Origin: an uncultured Candidatus Rokubacteria bacterium
GTDB taxonomy: Bacteria > Methylomirabilota > Methylomirabilia > Rokubacteriales > DASRDR01
Assembly: GCA_963805625.1 (NCBI GenBank)
Contig: CAWDVE010000010.1
Span: 576,001-640,000, forward strand
Direction: 5' to 3'
Length of the DNA: 64,000 bases
The notes beneath the pieces are model-generated. The model saw only the letters and a program-made list of their open reading frames with translations, searched no databases and was not told the DNA's origin. The stretch's first letter is position 1, and every line of letters begins with the position of its first letter. Made by a program: the position numbers and the translations under genes. Below, one piece after another: positions 55,932-64,000 of this stretch.

Positions 55932-56714
55932 CTACCGCGCTCTGAACTGGGGCTTCCGCTTCTCAGCGAACGCCTTCGGCCCCTCCGCCGCGTCCTCGGT
56001 TCCCCGCAGGGTCCCCGAGAGGAACGCCTCGAGACGCAACCCGTCGGCGAGCGGGAGCGAGAGCCCCCGCACGATCGCCTCCTTGGCGGCCCGGACCGCC
56101 AGCGGTCCCCGCTCGCAGAGGGTCTGAGCCCACCGGCGCGCGGTCGGCAGGACCTCCAGCGCCGGCACCACCGCGTTCACGAGCCCGATCCGGTGCGCCT
56201 CCTGGGCGGAGCAGGTTTCGCCCATCAGGATCATCTCCATCGCCTTGGCGAGGGGCACGGCTCTCGGCAGACGCTGCGTCCCCCCGGCGCCGGGCATGAT
56301 GGCCCAACGGACCTCGGTGAGCCCGAAGACCGCGTGTTCCGCCGCCACGCGGATGTCGCAGCAGAGCATCAGCTCGAGACCCCCGGCGAGCGCGTAGCCG
56401 TTCACGGCGGCGATGATCGGCTTCCATATCTCGAGCCCGCGGGTGAGCCCCCCGAGCCCTAGGTCGTTGTGGCTCCGCCCCGCCCCCGGGCTCCCGAACG
56501 CCTGCGGGACCAGCTTCTTCAGGTCCGCCCCGGCGGAGAACGCCTTCTCGCCGGCTCCGGTCAGGATCGCCACCCAGGCCTCGGGATCGTCGCGGAACCG
56601 GATCCACGCGTCGATCAGATCCCGGTGCATCTCGGGGTCGACCGCGTTCATGGCCTCGGGCCGGTCGAGCGTGATCGTGACGACACGGTCCTGCTGCTCG
56701 TAGCGGAGTCCCAT
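55932..56714 (-). CDS. Enoyl-CoA hydratase/isomerase
   Basis: AFSAGADL, ALAGGLE, TEVRW, GAGGTQRLPR; ATG 56714. Confidence 0.92.
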   Translation of the reverse strand: MGLRYEQQDRVVTITLDRPEAMNAVDPEMHRDLIDAWIRFRDDPEAWVAILTGAGEKAFSAGADLKKLVPQAFGSPGAGRSHNDLGLGGLTRGLEIWKPIIAAVNGYALAGGLELMLCCDIRVAAEHAVFGLTEVRWAIMPGAGGTQRLPRAVPLAKAMEMILMGETCSAQEAHRIGLVNAVVPALEVLPTARRWAQTLCERGPLAVRAAKEAIVRGLSLPLADGLRLEAFLSGTLRGTEDAAEGPKAFAEKRKPQFRAR

Positions 56715-56862
56715 GGTTCCCCTCGCGAATGGCAAGAGCGTCAGTGTCCGACGCGACCGGTACCGATCAACCGGCCCGTCCTCTCGCCGCGGACGCCCAC
56801 GGCAGCGCCAGGGTAGCACACGACCCTCCAAGGCTCTGGCCGACGCCCTCCGGATGACTCGA

Positions 56863-57393
56863 CTAGCTCCCTCCGAGCCGCCAGAGCGCCTTGTCGAGGG
56901 TCCGGAGCGACACGCGATGCCGGGTCGCGAGCTCCCGGAGGACGGCGGCGTACGACGCCCATCCGGACGCGGTCGGAGGAAACCGCTGCCGCACACCCAT
57001 CCGCCGGAGGGCCGCCCGCACGCGCACGTCGTAGATGGGGTAGCGACCTGGATCGGCGAAGTGGAGCACGACCGAGGCGACGCCTGTGCCGACGCCGCGA
57101 AGACCCAGGAGCACGCAGAGCCGCATCCCGTCGCTCCCTGCCAGGAACGCCGCCGCGGTCAGCCCCCGGACACCCGCTTCGGTATTCCGCGCGATCTGGG
57201 GCCGGATCCGCGGGCTCTTCCACTCGCCGAGCCAGCGCAGCTCCCCTCGCGTGAGGTAGAAGGCCCCGCGCGCGCGACGCCGGGCCAGCCGGGCCTTCAG
57301 ACGCCGCTCGCCCCGCGTCCACGGGCTCGCCGCCTCGGCTCGATCGAAGCCGCGAGCCAGCGTCCGGATCCGACCCCGGGTGAGAACGATCAT
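56863..57393 (-). CDS. Hypothetical protein with helix-hairpin-helix glycosylase-like motif
   Basis: EWKS, LRGVGTGVASVVL, YPIYDVR, LRTLDKALW. Confidence 0.65.
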   Translation of the reverse strand: MIVLTRGRIRTLARGFDRAEAASPWTRGERRLKARLARRRARGAFYLTRGELRWLGEWKSPRIRPQIARNTEAGVRGLTAAAFLAGSDGMRLCVLLGLRGVGTGVASVVLHFADPGRYPIYDVRVRAALRRMGVRQRFPPTASGWASYAAVLRELATRHRVSLRTLDKALWRLGGS

Positions 57394-57437
57394 CGGCCGC
57401 TTGACTCACCCGGGGCGAGGACCCGACGATGGACCAC

Positions 57438-57920
57438 GTGGATCCCCACGCGATCGTGATCGAGCCCGCGCGCGCGGCGGACGCGCCCGCGGTCATCGCG
57501 CTCATCGGCCGCGTCTTTGCCGAGTATGACTTCAGCTGGAACCCCTCGGTGGAGGTGCCCGATCTCTTCGACCTGGAACGCCACTACGGCGGAGAGGCCG
57601 GCGCGTTCTGGGTGGCGCGCCTGGACGGTCGAGTGGTCGGGTCCGTCGGGGTCGGGCGGCTGCCGGACGGCCGCGCGGAGCTTCATCGTTTGTATCTCGA
57701 CGCCACGCTCCGCGGTCGCGGCGTGGGCCGCGCCCTCGTGCAGGCCGTTCTCGGCTGGTGCCGCACCGCCGGGGTCGCTCGCCTCACCCTCTGGTCGGAC
57801 ATTCGGTTCCACCGCGCACACCGCCTCTACGAGGGGATGGGCTTCACGAAGACCGGCGAGCGCGAGCTCCCCGACGACCCCAACGACACGCGCGAGTTCG
57901 GGTACGAGCGTCCGGTCTAG
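57438..57920 (+). CDS. GNAT acetyltransferase
   Basis: ELHRLYL...RGRGVG, AHRLYEGMGF; start 57429 or 57438. Confidence 0.9.
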   Translation: MDPHAIVIEPARAADAPAVIALIGRVFAEYDFSWNPSVEVPDLFDLERHYGGEAGAFWVARLDGRVVGSVGVGRLPDGRAELHRLYLDATLRGRGVGRALVQAVLGWCRTAGVARLTLWSDIRFHRAHRLYEGMGFTKTGERELPDDPNDTREFGYERPV

Positions 57921-57948
57921 GGCGCTCCGGCCGGGACGCGGGGCGACG

Positions 57949-58455
57949 TTACACCCGAGGCAGCACCGGCTGGGCCGGCGCTGCGCCCTTGGCCGGCGGC
58001 TGGCCCTTGGTCACGGGAATCGGCTTGCCGACCGTCGCATGATGGGCCGACGGCTCGTGTTTCACCGCGGTCACGTGCTTGGTCTTCTGAGGCCCGGCGG
58101 CCTTCGCGACGTGCTTCGCCGGTGATGTCTTCTTGACGGTCGTCTTGGCCACCGGCTTCTGCACGGCCTTCACGGTCTTCGTCGAGTGAGGTGCCGGGCG
58201 GGTGGCGGTCGACGCCGGCCGCCGGCCAGGCGTGCCCTTGTGGGCCGCTTCCGGGCTCACCACCTCTCCCTGCCCCGCCGCCGGGACCACCTCTGGCTTC
58301 TTGGGCTCGGGGAGGGCCGGCACCGTCGACGGCCCCGTGACGGGAATGATGCCCCGCGATGACGGCTCCACGGAGGGTCCCGCCGTCTGAGCCATGGCCG
58401 CTCCCGCGATCATGAGGACACCCGCCACGATCACGCCTGCCATCCTCTTCCGCAC
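57949..58455 (-). CDS. Secreted low-complexity Lys/Pro/Ala/His-rich protein
   Basis: AGGAGG RBS, signal peptide ending AMAQ, KHV-type repeats. Confidence 0.7.
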   Translation of the reverse strand: MRKRMAGVIVAGVLMIAGAAMAQTAGPSVEPSSRGIIPVTGPSTVPALPEPKKPEVVPAAGQGEVVSPEAAHKGTPGRRPASTATRPAPHSTKTVKAVQKPVAKTTVKKTSPAKHVAKAAGPQKTKHVTAVKHEPSAHHATVGKPIPVTKGQPPAKGAAPAQPVLPRV

Positions 58456-58511
58456 GGCTCCGCTCCTCCTCGCCGACCGGGCAGTGCCCGGCGGGCTCCC
58501 GAGCCCCCGTC

Positions 58512-59303
58512 TCAGCGGACGGCCCGGGCCTCGACCCGTTCGACCAGTCCGGCCAGCATCGCTGTGGCCGACCCGGCCAGCACCACGTCGGCGACGTGAT
58601 CCAGCCGAGTCGGTGTGAGATTGACCACCACCAGACGAGCGCCCGCCTCCTTCGCGTAGCTCGGCATGTACGCGGCCGGGTAGACGGCGAGCGACGAGCC
58701 GACGACCAGGAAGCACCCGGCTGCCCGGGCCCGCGCCTCGGCCCGCTCCACCGCGGCGCCGGGCATCGGCTCGCCGAACAGGACGGTCAGCGGCTTGAGA
58801 ATCCCGCCGCACGCCCCGCAGACCGGCACGGATTCCCCCGCCACGAGGCGCTCCTGGATCGTGTCACGCGAATACCGGCTGTCGCAGCCGAGGCACCGGA
58901 CGCGGGTGGCGTTCCCGTGCAGCTCGATCACCTTCTCGGGATCCGTTCCCGCTCGCTGGTGGAGGTCGTCCACGTTCTGCGTGATCACGCAGTCGAGGAG
59001 ACCCAGCCGCTCCAGCGCGACGAGCGCCCGGTGGGCTGAGTTCGGCTGCGCCGAGCGGATCGCGGCGTAGAGCTCGCGGCCGACGGTCCAGTACCGCCGC
59101 CGGGCGTCCTCGGAGCGCATGAAGTTCGGGAAGGAGAAATCGTCGGGATCGTATCGCGCCCAGAGGCCCGTCGGACCCCGGAAGTCCGGGATTCCCGACT
59201 CCGTCGAGACGCCAGCCCCGGTGAACGCCACCACTCGCCCGGTCGAGGCGATCAACTCGGCCGCCCGGTCGAGCCGGGCGCCCATTTCCACCGTGCCCTG
59301 CAT
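58512..59303 (-). CDS. cobB: Sir2-family NAD-dependent protein deacylase
   Basis: TGAGVSTESGIPDFR, ITQNVDDLH, ELHG, two CxxC, GSSLAVYPAA. Confidence 0.93.
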   Translation of the reverse strand: MQGTVEMGARLDRAAELIASTGRVVAFTGAGVSTESGIPDFRGPTGLWARYDPDDFSFPNFMRSEDARRRYWTVGRELYAAIRSAQPNSAHRALVALERLGLLDCVITQNVDDLHQRAGTDPEKVIELHGNATRVRCLGCDSRYSRDTIQERLVAGESVPVCGACGGILKPLTVLFGEPMPGAAVERAEARARAAGCFLVVGSSLAVYPAAYMPSYAKEAGARLVVVNLTPTRLDHVADVVLAGSATAMLAGLVERVEARAVR

Positions 59304-59407
59304 CCCGGGAACGAGCGTAGCAGAGGGGCGAGCCGGGCCGCAAAAGGATTCGGCCTCGGACGCGCCGAGACTGCCAGACGCGATGCCGCCGGCCCGCGCC
59401 TTCTCCC

Positions 59408-60355
59408 TCAGCTCGAGTAGCCGAGCGCCTCGATGCACCGCCGCCCGTCGACCCGGCCGAGGTCGACCAGCGGCCCGAGTCTCGCGCCGTCGAAGTCGAG
59501 GGGACGCACCCGGAGCGGCGTCGACGGCGTCAGCAACCGCACATCGATACTGGGATGACGGAGCCGGGCCAGCTCGACGTCGCGCTCGATCCCCAGCATG
59601 AGCGCGAGCTCCACCACTCGCTCGACCACGGACTGGGTGGTCGCCTCCCGGGGCGGGTCGCTTCTGTAGGCGGCAACGACCAAGACCCGGTCGACCGGAT
59701 GGGCCGCGAGGAGCTCCAGGATCGGGGCTCGCTGGATCGCACCGCCGTCGACGAGCAGGCGGTCGTCAATGGCGACAGGCGGCAACAGCCCCGGCACGGT
59801 GGCGCTCGCGACCAGGGCGTCGAGGGTGAGGGTCGCGTTGTCGAAGCGCTGGACGCTTCCCGAGAGGAGGTCGGTCGCGGCCACCAGAACAGGAACCCGC
59901 GCCGAGCGGAGTCGATCCAGGTCCACGTGACGCGCCAGGGTGGCGCGAAGCGGGGCGGGATCCAGCAAACCTCGAGCCCGGATGAGCAGCGGGAAGCTGA
60001 GCAAGCCCGGCAGGAGCCCGCCCAGCACGGCCGGCGCCCGGTAGGCGATGACGTCCTCGCGACGGATCGTTCGCCACAGGTCGGCCAGCCGCTCGGCCTC
60101 TCCCGTCGCGAGGAACACGGCGTTGATCGCGCCCGCGGACGTGCCGGCAATCGCGGCGGGAACGATCCCCCGCTCGTGGAGGGCGAGCCCGAGGCCCGCC
60201 TCGTAGGCGGCCTTGGCGCCGCCGCCGGCGAAAACCACGCCGAGCCTCTCCCGTGGAGGGCCACGGTCGCCCCGCGCCTCGCACGCCGCACCCGAAGTGG
60301 GCGCTCCGAGCGTCAGCGCCAGGCCGAGCAGAAGCACGCGGCTCCGGGCCCGCAC
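59408..60355 (-). CDS. Patatin-like phospholipase/esterase with N-terminal signal
   Basis: GGGAKA, GTSAG, DGG motifs. Confidence 0.85.
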   Translation of the reverse strand: MRARSRVLLLGLALTLGAPTSGAACEARGDRGPPRERLGVVFAGGGAKAAYEAGLGLALHERGIVPAAIAGTSAGAINAVFLATGEAERLADLWRTIRREDVIAYRAPAVLGGLLPGLLSFPLLIRARGLLDPAPLRATLARHVDLDRLRSARVPVLVAATDLLSGSVQRFDNATLTLDALVASATVPGLLPPVAIDDRLLVDGGAIQRAPILELLAAHPVDRVLVVAAYRSDPPREATTQSVVERVVELALMLGIERDVELARLRHPSIDVRLLTPSTPLRVRPLDFDGARLGPLVDLGRVDGRRCIEALGYSS

Positions 60356-60356
60356 C

Positions 60357-60649
60357 TCAGGGCTGACGGAGAACGGCAACGCACGACACGGCGCCAGGCC
60401 CGCCGAGCGTGTGCGCCAGACCCGTGCGGGCCCGGGGCACCTGCATCCGCCCGGCACGGCCCAGCAGCTGGTCCGCAACGTTGTTGATCATCCGCAGCCC
60501 GGAGGCGCCCACAGGATGCCCGCAGGACTTGAGCCCACCAGAGGTGTTGACCGGCAGCTCGCGACCATGTCGGTGTAGGACTGGTGGAAGTTCTCCCCGA
60601 AGCGGATGGTTCCCGTCCCGATGATCGCGACCTGGTTCGCGAGTGCCAT
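60357..60649 (-). pseudogene. SCP2-type thiolase with large internal deletion
   Basis: MALANQVAIIGTGTIRFGE...DMV joined out of frame to ELPVNTSGGLKSCGHPVGASGLRM...HTLGG...*. Confidence 0.88.
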
Positions 60650-60785
60650 GCGTCCTCCCGGCTCCAGCCCGACATTCTCACGCGCGCCTCGCGTCGCGGC
60701 GCCGTCAGGCCGGTCCGGCCCATACTGCGCCGCCGGGACCGGCCGTGTCCAGCACGACGGCACCCGGACGGTGAGTGGCCGTAGA

Positions 60786-61439
60786 ATGAGCGCAGGAACG
60801 GCCGGCGTGACCCCGGACATCGCCCTCACGGACGACGAGATCCACGCGCTCGACGAGCGAGGATGGTTTCTCCGCGATGGCGTGCTGGGGCGCCCGGCGT
60901 CGACGGGCGTCCACGACGCCGTCGAGGTCCTCGCGGCGACTGGCCGGCTCCGTCCGGCGGGACTCAGCCGGGGCGCCGCGTATCGCGTCGACACGACTGT
61001 CCGGGGAGACGCGATCGCCTGGATCGAGCCGGACGGCGTGCCCCCGGAGTTCGCCGCGCTCTGGACCCTATTTCTCGCCCTGCGCGACGCGCTGAATCGC
61101 GAGGCCTATCTGGGGCTCGGTCGGGTGGAGGTCCAGGTCGCCCGCTACCCTGGCAGCGGCACCGCCTACGACCGCCATCGGGACGCGTTCCCGGCGCGAC
61201 CTGGCGGCCGCCCGAACCGCCGTGTGACGGCGATCTACTATGCCAACCCCGCCTGGCGTCCAGAGGACGGCGGCGCCCTTCGCCTCCACGGCGATGAAGG
61301 CCCGACCGACGTGGCGCCCGTGCTCGATCGCCTGCTCGTCTTCCTGAGCGAGCGCGTCGAGCACGAGGTTCTCCCCGCCCGGGTGCCGCGCCGCGCCGTC
61401 ACCGCCTGGTTCCGGGCGCGGGATCCCCTCGGCGGCTGA
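60786..61439 (+). CDS. 2OG-Fe(II) oxygenase, PHD/EGLN prolyl-hydroxylase-like
   Basis: RGDAIAW, HRD, RRVTAIYYAN, GGALRL, HEVLP, RRAVTAWF; start 60786 or 60807. Confidence 0.88.
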   Translation: MSAGTAGVTPDIALTDDEIHALDERGWFLRDGVLGRPASTGVHDAVEVLAATGRLRPAGLSRGAAYRVDTTVRGDAIAWIEPDGVPPEFAALWTLFLALRDALNREAYLGLGRVEVQVARYPGSGTAYDRHRDAFPARPGGRPNRRVTAIYYANPAWRPEDGGALRLHGDEGPTDVAPVLDRLLVFLSERVEHEVLPARVPRRAVTAWFRARDPLGG

Positions 61440-63354
61440 CCGCGCCGCTTTCCGCTCGTCGACTCTCGTCACGCGTCTGCTTTAGAAACTCGTACACCGC
61501 GGGCGCGACGATCTCACTCCCGTATGGCGTGAGGTGGCACTGGTCGAAGAACATCGGCCGACCCCCCCGATTGTTCTTCTCGTACTGCGCGCGGAGGACC
61601 GGCAGAAGATCGAGGAGAGGCACGTCGAGAGCGCGGCTGATCTCACTGAGGCGCCGCTGCGGAAAGTCAAACAGCGGGCTGGGCTCGACCTGCTGGCGAA
61701 CCGGAAAGGCTATGATGACGAACTGGAACCTGTGCTCCCGCGCGAGCCTGGCGAACTCCGTCAGCAGACGCTCGAGCTTTCCCCAAACATGAGGACTGAA
61801 GGCCCCACCCCAGTCCTCGAAGTGGCGGACCACGTCCTCGTTGAGAGTGACGGCCGCCCCGTCAGCGAGTTGATTCCTCGGCAGCACCGTCGAGTGCGTC
61901 CGAAACTCCTCCCGCCAGGCGTCGATGTCGTCGGGAGGCTTCAGCAGCGGCGGCGAATCGAGGGGTTCTCGCTCCGACGACGACAGGTAGAGGTAGCGGG
62001 ATGCGAAGTTCACGAGCTGATGAGCCAGCACGCTCCGATCGAGCGGCTCCGGCAGCGTAGTTAGGTAGATGCCCGGGGACTCGAGAAAATCATTCAGGTA
62101 GAACCCGAGCACCACGACGTCCGGCGAGAGGGAGAGCCCGCTCTCGTTCAGCACGGCCAACTCGCCGTTCGTCCCCAGTCCGTTCACGCCTGCGTTGATG
62201 GTCTCCCAGCCGAGACCATCGCCCCGGGCCAGATCCTCCACCCGCCGCACGAACGTGTCCGGCTCGTTCAGGGCCAGTCCGAGCGTGATGGAATCGCCCA
62301 GGAAGAGGAACCTCTCACCTTGCTTGGGGCCGATCTCCCGGTTTCGATATCCGAGGGAGTTTGTCCGGTAGAGCGTCGGGGTCTCCCGAGCCGCAGGGTG
62401 GACAACGACAACCTCACTGTTGGGGCTGTGTCGAAATCCCCGCTCGGTCGGAATCATGAAGACGTTTCGTTCCCCGTCAGCGGTAGGCTTGGTTGAGGTC
62501 GTCTTGAAGGTCACTCTCGCGGGGGCGGGCAGGACGAATCGGCTGCCGATCTCGCCGATGACGGCCCCGGCCAGCACGCCGGTAGCGATCAACCCTCCGT
62601 TGAGGGCGGCCTGCTTCACGGTTCTCGCCGGCCAGGACGCGGCGGCCATGACGGCGAGGATGACGAGAATGGCCCAGAAGACCGATCCGCGGACCCACGC
62701 AGCTCCCCCCTCGATCGCCCGCCAGAAATACGGCAGATATCGCTGGTTCAGCGGGCGCAGGTCCTCGGGAGGAACAGGGACGAGCGCCGCTTCCCCGGGG
62801 ACCTGGACCTCCAGATTGAACCAGCCAAACCCTGGGCCATTGCGCAGATGGACCACCAGCAGATGGGGCCCTAGACCAAGAGGAACCGCGGCCCGTCCGA
62901 CGTTGTTGGCCGAGCGGCCAAGCAGACCGATCACCCTGTGCCCGTCGACGAAGACGGCCCCGCGCTCGTCGCACCGGAAGACGAGGGTATAGATCCCAGC
63001 CTTTCGAATGTTCCAGATCCCAAATGCATCGAGCGATGTGTTCGGACGGTCCAGCCCCGCAGAGGCCCCCGGAGTGAAGTGGCGCCACCCCTTGCCGGAG
63101 GGCTCGAGATGCGGATAGACAGACAGCCTCATCCCGCCCGGGGCCACCGACGTGCGCGACAAGGCGAGGGCGGCTCCGCGGAACAGCACGGGATAGGGTC
63201 CAAGCAGGAGCAGGGCGAGCAAGAGATGAAGGCCGAGGAGCACACCGACGAGCCACTTGAGGAGTCTCAAGACGCCCTGCTGGCAGCGCACGACCAGTCG
63301 GCCCGACGACCCATCCTGATCCAGTTCATCGGAATCAGAAATCCATCGGGACAC
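61399..63354 (-). CDS. Membrane-anchored SGNH/GDSL hydrolase with PA14-like domain
   Basis: GIYTLVFRCDERGAVFVDG (PA14-like); FLGDSIT, INAGVNG, FYLND, DQCH; start uncertain. Confidence 0.75.
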   Translation of the reverse strand: MSRWISDSDELDQDGSSGRLVVRCQQGVLRLLKWLVGVLLGLHLLLALLLLGPYPVLFRGAALALSRTSVAPGGMRLSVYPHLEPSGKGWRHFTPGASAGLDRPNTSLDAFGIWNIRKAGIYTLVFRCDERGAVFVDGHRVIGLLGRSANNVGRAAVPLGLGPHLLVVHLRNGPGFGWFNLEVQVPGEAALVPVPPEDLRPLNQRYLPYFWRAIEGGAAWVRGSVFWAILVILAVMAAASWPARTVKQAALNGGLIATGVLAGAVIGEIGSRFVLPAPARVTFKTTSTKPTADGERNVFMIPTERGFRHSPNSEVVVVHPAARETPTLYRTNSLGYRNREIGPKQGERFLFLGDSITLGLALNEPDTFVRRVEDLARGDGLGWETINAGVNGLGTNGELAVLNESGLSLSPDVVVLGFYLNDFLESPGIYLTTLPEPLDRSVLAHQLVNFASRYLYLSSSEREPLDSPPLLKPPDDIDAWREEFRTHSTVLPRNQLADGAAVTLNEDVVRHFEDWGGAFSPHVWGKLERLLTEFARLAREHRFQFVIIAFPVRQQVEPSPLFDFPQRRLSEISRALDVPLLDLLPVLRAQYEKNNRGGRPMFFDQCHLTPYGSEIVAPAVYEFLKQTRDESRRAESGAVSRRGDPAPGTRR

Positions 63355-63514
63355 GCGCTCCGAGATCTGTCCCCCGCATCATGTCATCATAGTACGAGAG
63401 CCACAGCGAAGACCGCCCGCCACGGTCGAGCCACGCGGCTCCCCTTACGACAAACGCTCACTGCTTTGGCTCCTGCTGCGCAGTCGCCGACAATCGACCG
63501 CTCCCCGCCGGGAA

Positions 63515-64000
63515 TCAGACGACACACTCGCGTCGCAGCGTCTCCAGCTCGGCGGGACCGTAGCCGAGCCCGCCCAGGACTTCCGCCGTGTGCGCGCCGA
63601 GCTTCGGTGCCACGCTTCTCACCGCGACCATACTCCGCGACAGGCGCACCGGCGTCCGCACGTGGGGCACTCGCCCGAGCTCCGGGTCGTCGGCGTGCGC
63701 CACAATCCCGAGGTGGCGCACCTGGGGGTCGGCGAAGAGCTGCGCGTACGAGTTGACGGGTCCGGACGGCACGCCGGCCGCGTCGAAGGCAGCGACCCAG
63801 TGGGCGGTCGGTCGCGTCGCGAGCACGTGTTCGATCTCCTTCTCGAGGACCTCGCGGTGCCGGAGGCGGTCGGTGTTCCGCCGGAAGCGCGGGTCGTCGA
63901 TCCACTCGCTCCGTCCGAGCGCCCGGGCACAGCGCTCCCAGAGCTCCTGGGTTGCTGCCCCGATCATCATGTAGCCGTCCTGGGTGGCGAAGCGCTGGTA
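63515..64000 (-). CDS. CaiB/BaiF CoA-transferase, C-terminal part (5' end off window)
   Basis: YQRFATQDGYMMIGA, DDPRF, DPQVRH, APKLGAHTAEVL. Confidence 0.9.
   Translation of the reverse strand, partial: YQRFATQDGYMMIGAATQELWERCARALGRSEWIDDPRFRRNTDRLRHREVLEKEIEHVLATRPTAHWVAAFDAAGVPSGPVNSYAQLFADPQVRHLGIVAHADDPELGRVPHVRTPVRLSRSMVAVRSVAPKLGAHTAEVLGGLGYGPAELETLRRECVV

Overview
High-GC (about 70%) bacterial chromosome segment. The gene repertoire and style suggest a Ca. Rokubacteria/Methylomirabilota-like soil bacterium; this is inference only. No rRNA, tRNA, CRISPR array, transposase or prophage was recognised. Left part: ttcA-hemC-(half-cobA/hemD)-hemB-adh-lrp-ABC SBP operon, SDR, fdhD, a membrane glycosyltransferase, and ilvB-ilvN-ilvC-psd-pssA-leuB-asd-truA. 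Best candidate for an undescribed system (19.2-28.6 kb): a three-subunit oxalate-oxidoreductase-like 2-oxoacid oxidoreductase (YPIRP motif, no glycine-rich CoA P-loop, Ala at the inferred switch-loop Asp). It is co-oriented with a TctCBA tripartite carboxylate transporter, a CMP-kinase-like/BON protein, TerC and a FadR-type regulator, and its sigma70 promoter carries a FadR-type operator. Middle: Cys/Met PLP enzyme with an unannotated coupled uORF, a MOSC-like/Smr fusion, an orphan corrinoid reductive activator, ychF/DMT sharing a palindromic bidirectional -10, queF and a Cys-substituted ClpS. Right: class III PHA cluster (phaP, phaR, phaB, phaJ, phaE, phaC) with a candidate ACGCAWCG regulatory box, within acyl-CoA metabolism genes. 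About six decayed or internally deleted gene remnants lie among intact genes.
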